Shown: positions 33,326 through 43,712 of the stretch, one piece after another
Layout: the number at the start of each line of letters is the position of its first letter
Numbering within the stretch: position 1 is the stretch's first letter
Origin: Deltaproteobacteria bacterium
GTDB taxonomy: Bacteria > Myxococcota_A > UBA9160 > SZUA-336
Direction of reading: 5' to 3'
DNA: 64,000 nucleotides
NCBI GenBank assembly: GCA_031396695.1
Contig: JANNLG010000091.1
Span: 3,632-67,631 of the forward strand
Notes under the pieces: generated by a model
Databases searched by the model: none
The model's input: only the letters and a program-made list of their open reading frames with translations
Told to the model about the DNA's origin: nothing
Position numbers and translations under genes: made by a program

Positions 33326-34326
33326 CCGAGATCGCTCGCGAGCTGCGGAAACACGCGCGAGACCTTCGCGACCAGATACTCGCCGTAGCTGCCCTCGAAG
33401 GCGTGCACGCTCTGGCCGTCCCAGCGCGATTCGCGATCGTCCGCGCGCGCCGGCAAGCCCTCGATCGGCTGCACGCGCGCGTGGAAGCCGGGATCGAAGA
33501 AGAGCGGGAACGAGAGCCGGTCGCGCAGCGCGCTCGCGCGCACGCGGTGCGGCGTCGAGCGGTACAGCCCGCGTGTCATGCGGTCGAGCATGTCGCCGAT
33601 GTTGCAGACGAAGCTGCCCGGGATCGGCGCAGCGTCGATCCAGCCCGCGTCGGTGCGGATCTCGAGCCCGCCGTTGTCGTCCTGTAGCAGCAGCGTGAGC
33701 AGGCCGTAGTCGGTGTGCTCGCCGACGCCCCAGACTCCGACGCTTTCCGGTGTCGGCGCGGGATAGTTGAAGATCCGGAACAGCACCAGCGGCTCGGCGG
33801 TGTAGCGGCACGCGAAGTAGTCCTCCTCGAGCTCCAGGCTCAGCGCGATCGCCGCGACTAGCCGCTGTCCGAGCGCGGTCAGCGCGGCGACGTAGTCGAG
33901 CACGGTCTCGCGGAAGCCGGGCAGATCGGGGAACAGGTTCGCGCCGTGCATGGGTGTACGCGCGCGCACCAGCGGGTGCTCGGGCGGCAGCTCCGTGCCC
34001 AGGTACAGGCCCTCCTTGCGATCGGGAACGCCGGACGTGAGCTCGTCGCCGACGCCGAAGTAGCCGCGCCAGGCTCGGCCGCCGTGCGCCATGGCGATGC
34101 GCTGCTTGCTCGACAGGTCACTCGCGAAGAACGCGCGAGAGAGGGATTCGAGCCGCATCAGCAACGCTCCGTCCACGCCGTGGCCCGTGACGTAGAAGAA
34201 ACCGTGCGCGCGGCAGGCTTCGCCGATCTGCCCTGCGACGCGGCGGCGATCCCGGATGTCGCCGGCGAGCGGCGCCACGTCGATCACCGGAACGATCGCC
34301 GCGAGATCGGTTGGGCTGGAGGTCAT
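33322..34326 (-). CDS. 2OG-Fe(II) oxygenase (isopenicillin N synthase-like family)
   Basis: 334 aa from the ATG at 34326. [10 protein letters not shown]-terminal DIOX_N motif, [12 protein letters not shown] (HxD) and STPHRV (distal His/Arg). Confidence 0.85.
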   Translation of the reverse strand: MTSSPTDLAAIVPVIDVAPLAGDIRDRRRVAGQIGEACRAHGFFYVTGHGVDGALLMRLESLSRAFFASDLSSKQRIAMAHGGRAWRGYFGVGDELTSGVPDRKEGLYLGTELPPEHPLVRARTPMHGANLFPDLPGFRETVLDYVAALTALGQRLVAAIALSLELEEDYFACRYTAEPLVLFRIFNYPAPTPESVGVWGVGEHTDYGLLTLLLQDDNGGLEIRTDAGWIDAAPIPGSFVCNIGDMLDRMTRGLYRSTPHRVRASALRDRLSFPLFFDPGFHARVQPIEGLPARADDRESRWDGQSVHAFEGSYGEYLVAKVSRVFPQLASDLG

Positions 34327-34488
34327 GATCGATTCGGGCCAGTATCGCAGAACAGGAGACGCGCGACGGACACCGAACCCGCACAGACCGAGAGCAGCCC
34401 GCCCGATGCGAGCGCCGAGACCACGACGGTCGCGGCCGAGGCCGCGCAGCACCTGCGCGGCCTCGCGAACGAGCTCCCCGAGCTGATC

Positions 34489-34803
34489 TTGGGGCTCGGC
34501 GGGCTGGCCTCGGCGGAGGCTTCGCTCAGCCTGACCGCCCTCCTGCGCATGCTCGGCTTGCGTGCGATCGGCGTCGTCCTGGTCGCGGTCGCGATCGCGC
34601 TGGTTGTAGTCGCCGCGACGCTGCTGCTCTCGCAGTGGCTCGGCTCCAGCTCCGCTGCGCTGGGCTTGGTGGCCGCGGCGGCGCTCGGGCTCGCCTGGCT
34701 CTCGATCTGGCGCGCGGGTGTCTGGCGGGCGCGGATCGGGTTCACGCGCACGCGCGAAGCGCTCGGGGCCGAGCCGCCGCCGCGCGAGGGCCCGCGCCCA
34801 TGA
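34489..34803 (+). CDS. YqjE-like (holin-X/DUF1469-type) two-TM membrane protein, start uncertain
   Basis: Two hydrophobic helices ([40 protein letters not shown]). The stop forms an ATGA overlap with the next gene. No in-frame ATG/GTG between 34327 and 34548. I chose the TTG at 34489; the ATG at 34549 is the alternative. Confidence 0.45.
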   Translation: MGLGGLASAEASLSLTALLRMLGLRAIGVVLVAVAIALVVVAATLLLSQWLGSSSAALGLVAAAALGLAWLSIWRAGVWRARIGFTRTREALGAEPPPREGPRP

Positions 34804-35147
34804 CGGCCAAACAGTCGCTCGCGCGCGTCGAACGCGAGAGCGCGCGAGCCACGGCGGCTCGAAACGCGCTCGCGCTGCGCGCGGAGCCGCTGATCCGACT
34901 CGCGGGCCGCGTGCACCCGCTCGCGCTCGCGGGCTCCGCATTCGCCGCCGGCCTGCTCGCGGGTCGTCTGTTCGGACGGCCGCGGCTTCCGCGCGCGCTC
35001 GAGCCCGCTGCGCTGATCTCGAATACGCTTGCGAGGTCGCTCGCGGGCTTGCTCGAGTCGTTCGTCTCGGCCGCGCTCGCGCCGGCTCCGGCTAGCGACG
35101 GCTCGACAGCAGATAGCCCGCCAGGAACGCGATCCCGAGCGCCGTGA
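34800..35147 (+). CDS. YqjK-like small membrane protein (hypothetical)
   Basis: 115 aa with ATGA coupling to the preceding gene. One hydrophobic segment ([15 protein letters not shown]). The 3' end overlaps the convergent DUF883 gene by 56 nt, so the true end is uncertain. Confidence 0.45.
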   Translation: MTAKQSLARVERESARATAARNALALRAEPLIRLAGRVHPLALAGSAFAAGLLAGRLFGRPRLPRALEPAALISNTLARSLAGLLESFVSAALAPAPASDGSTADSPPGTRSRAP

Positions 35148-35445
35148 ACGGGCGCTCGCGGATGAAGGTCTCCGTCTGGCGGAGCACGTCGCCCGCCTTC
35201 TCGCGCGTGGCCTGCGTCGCGTGAGCGGTGCGCTCGCCCACCGATTCAGTGCCGGTCGCGAGCGTCTCGCGCATGCGCTGCGCCGCCTCGTCGGCGAGGC
35301 CCGCGACGCCCACGCCCAGCTCTTGCAGCGCGTCGAGCAGCTTCGCCGCGCCCGGGCTCAGGGTTTCTTTCGCGACGGTGCGAAATCCCGGGTCTTTTCC
35401 GTTGTCGCTCGGCGCCTTCGCACCCGGCTCCGCCGTTGGACTCAT
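35092..35445 (-). CDS. DUF883 (ElaB/YqjD-like) C-tail-anchored membrane protein
   Basis: 117 aa from the ATG at 35445 (GGGAGG RBS). Helical N-terminal part and characteristic C-terminus [22 protein letters not shown]. Confidence 0.7.
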   Translation of the reverse strand: MSPTAEPGAKAPSDNGKDPGFRTVAKETLSPGAAKLLDALQELGVGVAGLADEAAQRMRETLATGTESVGERTAHATQATREKAGDVLRQTETFIRERPFTALGIAFLAGYLLSSRR

Positions 35446-35501
35446 CTTCGACCTCCCGCGTTGTCGCGTCTCGCCAAGACTACCGCGCTCGCGTCGCCGC
35501 G

Positions 35502-36944
35502 CTAGACACCCAGGAGTGTCGGAGGGCGCTTCGTCACCCAGCCGCTGCGCCGGTCGTACGCGTGGGCGAGCTCGAGGCAGTCCCTTTCCGCGCGATTGCG
35601 TCCGACGATCTGCAGCCCCATCGGCAGACCGTTCGCGCCGAAGCCCGCCGGCGCGGTGACGACGGGACAGCCCGACATCGTCACGGGCAGCACGACCTTC
35701 ATCCACTCGTGGTAGGTCTCCATGCGGCGACCGGCGATCTCGCGCGGCCAGTCGAGCGAAACGTCGAACGGAAATAGCTGCGCCGTGGGCAGAATCCAGT
35801 AGTCGAAGCGCTCGAAGAAGGCGCGCACGGCCTCGTACCAGCGCGAGCGCACGAGCGAGGCGGCCGTCACCTCGTAGGCGCTGAGTTTCGCGCCGCTTTC
35901 GACCTCGAAGATCGCTTCGGGCTTCATGTGCGCGCGCAGCGACGCGCTCTTGTACACGTCGAGCAGGCCGCTGCCGGCCTGCCAGGCGCGCAGCACGAGC
36001 CACGCCCGCCAGACCTCGTCGATCGGGAAATCGGGATTCGCCTCTGCGACGCTGCAGCCGAGCTCCTCGAACACGGCGAGCGCGGCGCGACAGGTTTCGA
36101 GCACGCCGGCCTCGAAGGGCAGGTAGCCGTCCATGTCGCCCGAGAAGGCGATGCGCGCTCCAGAGAAGTCGCGCGAGAGATCGAGCGGCCGCTCGAGCGC
36201 GGGTCCGCCTTCGAGCGTGAGCGGCGCGCGCGCGTCGTAGCCGGCTTGTACGCCGTAGAGCAGCGCCAGGTCCGGGACGCTGCGCGCCATCGGCCCCAGC
36301 ACGCCCATCGACGGCAGCCACAGGTCGCGCGCGTTCGTCGGCACGCGGCCGATGCTCGGCCGCAGCGAGAACACGTTGTTCCAGCCTGCGGGATTGCGCA
36401 GGCTGCCGCCGAAATCGCCGCCGTCAGCGACGGGCAGCATGCGCAGCGCCAGCGCCACGGCCGCACCTCCGCTGCTGCCACCGGCGCTGCGCGACGGGTC
36501 GTAGGCGTTGCGCGTGGCGCCGTGCACTTTGTTGAAGGTGTGCGAGCCGAGACCGAACTCGGGCGCGTTGGTGCGGCCGATCAAGATCGCTCCGGCGCGG
36601 CGAACGCGCTCGACCATCAGGCCGTCGGCGGGCGCGACGAAACTTCGGAGCGGCGCGAAGCCGCCCATCGACGTCGGCATGCCGCGGACCGGCTCGAGAT
36701 CCTTGATCGCCTGCGGGAAGCCATGCAGCGGCCCGCGGCGCTCGCCGCGCGAGAGCTCGTCGTCGCAGGCCCGCGCCTCGGCGAGCAGCGCGTCGCGGTC
36801 GCGCAGCGCGATGATCGCGTTCACCTGCGGGTTCAGGCGCTCGATCTGGTCGAGCGTCGCGCGCATGACCTCGACACACGACACCTGCCGGTCGCGGATC
36901 GAAGCCGCGAGCTCGACGGCGTCCAGCGTGACGATCGGGTGCAT
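35502..36944 (-). CDS. Amidase (amidase-signature family)
   Basis: 480 aa. AS signature GGSSGGAAVALA and the upstream FPQAIKD/Ser-cisSer-Lys context. Confidence 0.9.
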   Translation of the reverse strand: MHPIVTLDAVELAASIRDRQVSCVEVMRATLDQIERLNPQVNAIIALRDRDALLAEARACDDELSRGERRGPLHGFPQAIKDLEPVRGMPTSMGGFAPLRSFVAPADGLMVERVRRAGAILIGRTNAPEFGLGSHTFNKVHGATRNAYDPSRSAGGSSGGAAVALALRMLPVADGGDFGGSLRNPAGWNNVFSLRPSIGRVPTNARDLWLPSMGVLGPMARSVPDLALLYGVQAGYDARAPLTLEGGPALERPLDLSRDFSGARIAFSGDMDGYLPFEAGVLETCRAALAVFEELGCSVAEANPDFPIDEVWRAWLVLRAWQAGSGLLDVYKSASLRAHMKPEAIFEVESGAKLSAYEVTAASLVRSRWYEAVRAFFERFDYWILPTAQLFPFDVSLDWPREIAGRRMETYHEWMKVVLPVTMSGCPVVTAPAGFGANGLPMGLQIVGRNRAERDCLELAHAYDRRSGWVTKRPPTLLGV

Positions 36945-37072
36945 GCTTCGCTCCGCGCGTTCCGAGCCTGGCTGCCGCGCATGCTAGCGCGTTTCGCGCA
37001 GCGCAACGGTTTCTCGCCGGACTTTGCGCGCTCCGATAGACTGCCGCCGGGCGCGCGCGCCCTGGAGGTCGA

Positions 37073-37501
37073 ATGCGCAGATTCCGAAAGCTCGTCGTGA
37101 TTGGACTCGCCGTGTTGATGGCGCTCGGCGTCGGAATTTTCGGCGTGTCCGAGCTCGGTGGCGAGATCGTGACGCTCGAAACCCACACGCCGGACGGCGA
37201 CTCGAGCACGCGCATCTGGGTCGTCGACGACGCGGGTCGCGCCTGGCTGCGCGCGGGCACACCGGACAACGGCTGGCTGAAGCGCATCGACGCCAATCCC
37301 GACGTCAGCGTCGAGCGCAACGGCGAGCCGACACGCTACAAGGCCGTGCCGGTGCGCGACGATCCGGCCCTGCGCGACCGCATCCACCAACTGATGCGCG
37401 ACAAGTACACCTGGGCCGATCGGATCGTGAGCCTGATGCGCGACGGCTCGTCCTCGGTGCCGATCCGGCTCGATCCGATCGAGCCCGGCGGCGCGTCGTA
37501 G
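37073..37501 (+). CDS. Hypothetical membrane-anchored protein (142 aa)
   Basis: GGAGG 5 nt before the ATG. N-terminal TM/signal anchor KLVVIGLAVLMALGVGIFG followed by a soluble beta-rich domain. No confident family call. Confidence 0.6.
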   Translation: MRRFRKLVVIGLAVLMALGVGIFGVSELGGEIVTLETHTPDGDSSTRIWVVDDAGRAWLRAGTPDNGWLKRIDANPDVSVERNGEPTRYKAVPVRDDPALRDRIHQLMRDKYTWADRIVSLMRDGSSSVPIRLDPIEPGGAS

Positions 37502-37511
37502 CGCGCGCGGC

Positions 37512-38831
37512 CTAGGCGGCGAGCTCGAGCGCGCGCAGCGCCAGGCCGCTGGCGACCGAAACCAGCTCGTCGCCCGCGCGCACGCGATCGACGCCGAAGC
37601 GCGACGCGAACAGCGCGCGCACGGCCGGCACCAGCGACGAACCGCCGGTCAGGAACACGCGGTCGACGTCGCCGGCCGCCACGCTCGAGGCCGCCAGCAG
37701 ATCGTCGACGCAGGTCTCGATCGCCTGCAGCTCGGGCGCGATCCAATTCTCGAAATCCGCGCGCGCGATCCTGGTCTCGATCTTGACCGGCTCGTGCGCG
37801 AAGCGCAGCACGGTCGCGTCGTCGCGCGTGAGCGAGAGCTTGGCGCGCTCCACCGCGCGGTGTAGCGGGAAGCCGAGATCCGAGCGCACCACGTGAATCA
37901 GCGCCTCGAGCCGCGCGGGCTCGAGCGCGTCGCGCTGCAAGTCGTAGAGCAGTGCGAGCGTGCGCGGCGTGCGCAGGAAGCTCAAGTGGTGCCAGCGCTC
38001 GAGATGGCCGTAGATCCAGCGCGGCACGGGCAGGACCGTGCCGAAGATGGAACGGAACTCGCTGCCCAGGCCGAGCGCGGGCGCGACCGACGCGCGCACG
38101 ATCCGGCCGTCGAACACGTCACCGGCCACCGGCACGCCGGAGTTGCCAAGCACGCCGCGCGCGCCGCCCTCCGAACGCTCGCGGCGCGCGCCGGGCCCGA
38201 CGCGCAGCAGCGAGAAGTCGCTGGTGCCGCCACCGAAATCTCCGATCAGGATCAGCTCGTCGTGATCGAGCGTGCGCTCGTAGTGGTAGGCGGCGGCGAT
38301 CGGCTCGTACTCGAACACCACATCTTCGACGCCGGCGGTCGCGAACGCGGCCCGCAGACGCGCGAGTGCGAGCGTCTCGTCGTCGGGCGAGCGCGCGGAC
38401 ACGAAGCGCACGGGGCGGCCGACCACGACGGGGCCCGTCACCGGACCGAGCTCCTTCTCGGCCTCGCTCAGCATGGCGCGTAAGAGCACCGCGATCAGCG
38501 CCTCGAGCCGGTACTCGCGCTCGAAGATGCGCGTGGCCGAGAAGTCGCGCGCGGCGAGAAACGACTTCAACGACTGGACCAACCGCCCGGGCTCGTCGAC
38601 CGCGAGATAGCGCGCGATCGCGCGCGGTCCGGCCAGCTCGCGCATCCCGCCCGACGTCGAGTCGCGACCGTCGGGCGTGCGCTCGACGTACACCACCGAT
38701 CGGAACGTCGACGTCAGCTTCCCGCCGCCGCGCGCGAACTGCGCCAGGCGCGGCGCGCCCTCACCTTCGGCCAACGCCAGCGCAGAGTTGGTGGTGCCGA
38801 AATCGATCCCGAAGGCGCGCGCCATGGCCAC
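37512..38831 (-). CDS. Hsp70-family ATPase (YegD-like, nucleotide-binding domain dominated)
   Basis: 439 aa. Phosphate-1 motif FGIDFGTTNSALA, IGDFGGGTSDFSL, and the adenosine motif VFLTGGSSLVPAV. Confidence 0.85.
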   Translation of the reverse strand: MAMARAFGIDFGTTNSALALAEGEGAPRLAQFARGGGKLTSTFRSVVYVERTPDGRDSTSGGMRELAGPRAIARYLAVDEPGRLVQSLKSFLAARDFSATRIFEREYRLEALIAVLLRAMLSEAEKELGPVTGPVVVGRPVRFVSARSPDDETLALARLRAAFATAGVEDVVFEYEPIAAAYHYERTLDHDELILIGDFGGGTSDFSLLRVGPGARRERSEGGARGVLGNSGVPVAGDVFDGRIVRASVAPALGLGSEFRSIFGTVLPVPRWIYGHLERWHHLSFLRTPRTLALLYDLQRDALEPARLEALIHVVRSDLGFPLHRAVERAKLSLTRDDATVLRFAHEPVKIETRIARADFENWIAPELQAIETCVDDLLAASSVAAGDVDRVFLTGGSSLVPAVRALFASRFGVDRVRAGDELVSVASGLALRALELAA

Positions 38832-38895
38832 CCCGCCGCAGAGAGCGGCGCAGGATGCGCTCGGGCGCTCGTTCCGGCAAGCGCCGGGTCAGACG

Positions 38896-39846
38896 CTAGG
38901 CGTTCTGATCCAGATACTCGGACAGACCGTAGCCGACTCGCTCGCCGTCGAGCGTGTACTCGGTCATGCCCTCGCCGATGTGCGTGTTCTGACCGGCGCG
39001 CCGGTTGCGCAGCGGGATGAAGCCGCGTACGCGCCCCTCGACGCGGTGCTTGGCGCCGTCCGCGAGCGTCACGTTGGCGCGCAGCACCGAGTGGTAGTTC
39101 GTGCCGCCCTCGTAGTCGGTCTCTAGATCGACGCTGGTGATCCGGTGCAGCTCCTGCCCCTTGTGGAACACGCCGCCGACACGGTCGCCCACGATCGAGA
39201 TCACCATGCCCAGGTCATCGCCGAAGTTGCCCGTGATCCAACGGTACGACGGCGTCGACTGCCAGTAGCGCGGACCCCAGGAGTGGTCGCGCAGGCCGTG
39301 GCCGCGGATGTCGATGCGCGGCTCGCCTTCGACCGCGATCGTGCCCGACACTTTCATGTGCTGCTCGTAGTGCGCGCGTGCGAAGTCGTTCTTGTCGTCG
39401 GGTTTTCCCACGTGGCCGTAGATCGGACCGACGCCCTCGTGCACCAGGTCGATCACCAGCCGCTTGTGCGGGTTCTCCTTGAAGGCCTTGCCGGGGTCCG
39501 CCATGCCGCGCGGATCGGCGAGATACACGACCGAGCCCTCGTAGCGCGTGCGCAGCTTCTCGCCGGGCACGAGCACCGTCACTTCGAGTCCGCCCGCGTT
39601 CCAGCCGTCGTTCGACGTGATCGCCGGCCGCTTGTAGTTGAACAGCGCCGAGCCATCCGCGTTGTAGACGATCACGGTCATCTCCGCCTGACCTTCGTTG
39701 GCGCGGTTGCCGATGCGCAAGAAGCCGCCGCGGTTCTGGGCCCGGTCGAAGAAGTTGAAGTACACCGACTCGTTGAAGTTCGGCTCGGGTCCGAGCGGGT
39801 GGGTGTAGTCGTCTTCGGGCTTCACGTTGCCGACGATCTTGACCAA
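38896..39846 (-). CDS. Conserved hypothetical soluble protein (316 aa)
   Basis: Clean GC3-biased ORF with GGAGG-like sequence upstream. Beta-rich, with no TM or signal peptide. I do not confidently recognise the family. Confidence 0.7.
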   Translation of the reverse strand: MVKIVGNVKPEDDYTHPLGPEPNFNESVYFNFFDRAQNRGGFLRIGNRANEGQAEMTVIVYNADGSALFNYKRPAITSNDGWNAGGLEVTVLVPGEKLRTRYEGSVVYLADPRGMADPGKAFKENPHKRLVIDLVHEGVGPIYGHVGKPDDKNDFARAHYEQHMKVSGTIAVEGEPRIDIRGHGLRDHSWGPRYWQSTPSYRWITGNFGDDLGMVISIVGDRVGGVFHKGQELHRITSVDLETDYEGGTNYHSVLRANVTLADGAKHRVEGRVRGFIPLRNRRAGQNTHIGEGMTEYTLDGERVGYGLSEYLDQNA

Positions 39847-39935
39847 GGGCGGTGCCTCCTCGCCGCATCCTACCCTAACGGGGCAATCCTAAAGGGACAC
39901 TCGCGACGCTCCGATGCGACGCCGAGGAAGCATCG

Positions 39936-41753
39936 GTGCCCGAATCGGGAGCCACACGCGCACGCCGCTATCCGCGCTTCGGGCGCATCGACGGGTCACA
40001 CCCGTGGAAGCGCCGTGTGCCCGGCGCGTTCGTCGACTACGCGGCCCGGCGCCGCCACAACGGCTCGGTCGCCTACTTCAACTTCGAGCTCGCGAAGGAG
40101 CTCGGCCTGGTGCCGCGCCAGCACGCCGTGCGCCTGAACCAGACACTCGAGCGCGCGATCCTGCGCACATTCGGCCTGCGCATCATCAACGAGTGGGACT
40201 ATCTGCACCGCGTGCGCGTGCCCGCGCGCGAGCGCCTGCCCGGCACCTACATGGCCACGCGCTACCTGCAGCTCCAGCATCCGGGACGCAGCGGAAAGAC
40301 CTCCGGCGACGGGCGCAGCATTTGGAACGGCACGATCACGCACGACGGTGTCACCTGGGACATCTCGAGTTGCGGCACCGGCGTCACGCGGCTGTGTCCG
40401 GCCACCGCGCTCGAGGGGCGCTACTTCCGGTCCGGCTCGCGCACCGCATCGTACGGTTGCGGCACCGCGGCGCTCGGCGAGGGCATCGCGGCGGCGCTGC
40501 TCTCCGAGACCTTCCACCGCAACGGTATCGCGACCGAACGCGTGCTGGCGGTGATCGCGCTGCCGAACGGCCAGGCGATCAACGTGCGCGCGGGCCGCAA
40601 CCTGCTGCGGCCCTCGCACCTGTTCGCGCCGCTCCGCCAGGGCGACGTCGCGCGCCTGCGCGCCGCCGTCGACCTGTTCTGCGAGCGGCAGATCGCGAAC
40701 GGCGAGTGGCCGAAGCTCGCCCGCGGCGCCGCGCGCTACCGATTCATGGCCGAAGAGACCGCGCGCGTGTTCGCGCGCGCCGCCGCCACCTTCGAGAGCG
40801 AGTACATCTTCTGTTGGCTCGACTGGGACGGCGACAACGTGCTCGCGAGCGGCGGGATCGTGGACTACGGCTCGGTGCGCCAGTTCGGCCTCTACCACCG
40901 CGAGTACCGCTTCGACGACGACGACCGCTGGTCGACGACGATCCCCGAGCAGCGCGTGAAGGCGCGCTTCATCGCGCAGTGCTTCGCGCAGATCCGCGAC
41001 TGCGTCACGACCGGCCGCAAGCGCCCGCTCGCGGCGTTCCGGCGCGATCCGGTGCTGCGCGTGTTCGACGCGGAGTTCGAGAGGACGAAGCTTCGCCTGT
41101 TCCTGCGCAAGCTGGGCTTCCGCGCCGAGACCAGCGCCTGGCTCGCGCGCGCACACGCGCCCGCGCTCGCCCGCTTGCGCCGCGCCTACGATCACTTCGA
41201 GTCCGCGCGCGCGACGCGTGGGCCACGCAAGGCTGCCGACGGACTGACCTGGAACGCGATCTTCAGCACGCGCGATCTGCTGCGCGAGCTGACCGCGCAC
41301 TTCGCGCGCGAGCGCGCACCGCTCGCAGCGCGCGCGCTCGTCGCGCTCGCGAGCTCGAGCTACGCATCGGCCGCCGACCGCGCATGCACGCCCACGCGGG
41401 CGCGCCGCGCGCGCGAGCTGCAGCGCGAATACCTCGCGCTCCTGAAGGCCGCCGCGCGCCGCGAGCGCCGCCCGCTCGCCGAGCTGCTGAACGAAGTCGC
41501 CGAGCGAAGCGCCGTGATCAACCGCCGCGAGCGCATCACGGGCGACGGCGTCGAGTACGCGACCGACCGCCTGCTGCGACACCGACGCCGACTCGGGCGC
41601 GAGGGCGTGATGCGCGTGATCGCGGAGTTCGTGAACCACCAGGACTTGAATCCCGTGTCCGCGAACGGCGCGGGCTCGAAACCGACGGGCGATGTCCGCC
41701 GCGTGCTCGACAGCTTGATCCGGGTCGTCACCGACCTGCGTCACGGTTTGTAG
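39936..41753 (+). CDS. Divergent SelO/YdiU (UPF0061)-like pseudokinase-fold protein with long helical C-terminal region
   Basis: 605 aa. GTG start after GAGGAAG. Motifs parallel SelO: SGDGRSI (GDGRA), WDISSCGTGVT (dlqLKGsGpT), LSETFHRNGIATERVLAVI (SEAMhaLGIPTTRALa), and RPSHLF (SHiRfG). Confidence 0.6.
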   Translation: MPESGATRARRYPRFGRIDGSHPWKRRVPGAFVDYAARRRHNGSVAYFNFELAKELGLVPRQHAVRLNQTLERAILRTFGLRIINEWDYLHRVRVPARERLPGTYMATRYLQLQHPGRSGKTSGDGRSIWNGTITHDGVTWDISSCGTGVTRLCPATALEGRYFRSGSRTASYGCGTAALGEGIAAALLSETFHRNGIATERVLAVIALPNGQAINVRAGRNLLRPSHLFAPLRQGDVARLRAAVDLFCERQIANGEWPKLARGAARYRFMAEETARVFARAAATFESEYIFCWLDWDGDNVLASGGIVDYGSVRQFGLYHREYRFDDDDRWSTTIPEQRVKARFIAQCFAQIRDCVTTGRKRPLAAFRRDPVLRVFDAEFERTKLRLFLRKLGFRAETSAWLARAHAPALARLRRAYDHFESARATRGPRKAADGLTWNAIFSTRDLLRELTAHFARERAPLAARALVALASSSYASAADRACTPTRARRARELQREYLALLKAAARRERRPLAELLNEVAERSAVINRRERITGDGVEYATDRLLRHRRRLGREGVMRVIAEFVNHQDLNPVSANGAGSKPTGDVRRVLDSLIRVVTDLRHGL

Positions 41754-41836
41754 CCAGCGCAGGAATCCCGCGGCAGCGCGCCCCCTTAGGCGATCGGGTA
41801 TGATCCGACCCAACGTCGCACGCGGGGAGTCGGACC

Positions 41837-42540
<704 letters not shown>

Positions 42541-42544
<4 letters not shown>

Positions 42545-43707
42545 AGTACCTGCCGTTCATCCTGCGCAACCTGGGCCGGAACAAGCTGCGCTCGCTGCTC
42601 ACCGCTTCGGCGATCGCGCTCGCGATCGCGCTGGTCTGCATCCTTCGCACCATGCCCGCGGGCATGGATTCGTTCCTGTCTTCGATCGCGTCGAACACGC
42701 GCATCTCCACGCACAACGAAGCGGGCATGGTCTACGCGATGCCGTACTCGTACCTGCAGAAGGTGCGCGCCGTGCCGGGCGTGGTCGCGGCGATCAGCTG
42801 GCAGTGGTTCGGCGGCGCCACGGATCTCGCCAAGGGCGTCGAGTTTCCGAACTTCGCGGTCGACCCGGAGGACTTCGGCCGGGTCTACGAGGACTGGAAG
42901 ATCGCGCCGCAAGCGCTCGAGGATTTTCGCAAGTACCGCGACGCGGCGATCGTGGGTCGCGCGACGCTGCTGAAGAAAGACTGGAAGGTCGGCGACGTCG
43001 TCACGCTGCAAAGTACGGTGTTTCCGCTCCAGCTCTCGTTCCGGATCGTCGGCGAGGTGCCGAATCCGCAGGCCATGCAGTTCTACTTCCAGCGCGAGTA
43101 CCTGACGCAGGCCTTCGCAGCGACCGGCACGCCGATCGACACGACCGGCATGATCTGGTCGCGCATCGACGATCCCGAGCGCGTCGCGCCGGCGATGAAG
43201 CAGATCGATGAGATGTTCCGCAACGGCGAGGCGGAGACCACTTCCGAAACCGAGAAGAGCTTCTTCGGGAACTTCTTCGGCAGCTTGAAGGGCATCGTCA
43301 CGATCATCATGATCGTCGCCGGCATCGTCACGCTGTGCATCGTGTTCATCGCCGCGAACACGGCCAGCATGTCGGTGCGCGAGCGCGTCGGCGAGATTGC
43401 GATCCTGAAAGCGATCGGCTTCCGGAAGGCGACGATCTTCTCGACGCTGCTCGCCGAGGCAGTGGTGTTGTCGACCGTGGCGGGCATCGCGGGCGCACTG
43501 ATCTCGCTCGGCCTCACGTCGCTCCTGCGCTCGAGCGCGGGCTCGGGCGGGCCGCAGATGGGACCGCTGACCGGCTTCATCGTCACCGACGCGATCCTGA
43601 TCCAGGCGATCTTCATTGCCTTCTTCATCGGGATCCTGTCCGGCTGGCTGCCCGCGCTGGGCGCGTCGAAGCGCAGCGTCGCGCAGACGCTACGCGAGGT
43701 CTTCTAG
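42541..43707 (+). CDS. ABC transporter permease, FtsX/MacB-like (copy 1)
   Basis: 388 aa with ATGA overlap to the ATPase gene. N-terminal RNLGRNKLRSLLT, a large periplasmic loop, and a C-terminal FtsX 3-TM bundle. Confidence 0.85.
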
Positions 43708-43712
43708 CCGCC

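Noticed and set aside
38832-38895. A short CGCCGC-AGAGA-GCGGCG hairpin between the 316-aa gene and the Hsp70-like gene.
   Set aside because: The stem is only 6 bp and has no U-tract. Such hairpins are expected by chance in GC-rich intergenic DNA.
41797-41802. TATGAT upstream of the MacB-type ABC operon, considered as a sixth palindrome half-site or a -10 box.
   Set aside because: Only a half-site-like hexamer is present, with no inverted partner at N4 spacing. No convincing -35 lies at 17 bp either. This is too weak to report as a feature.
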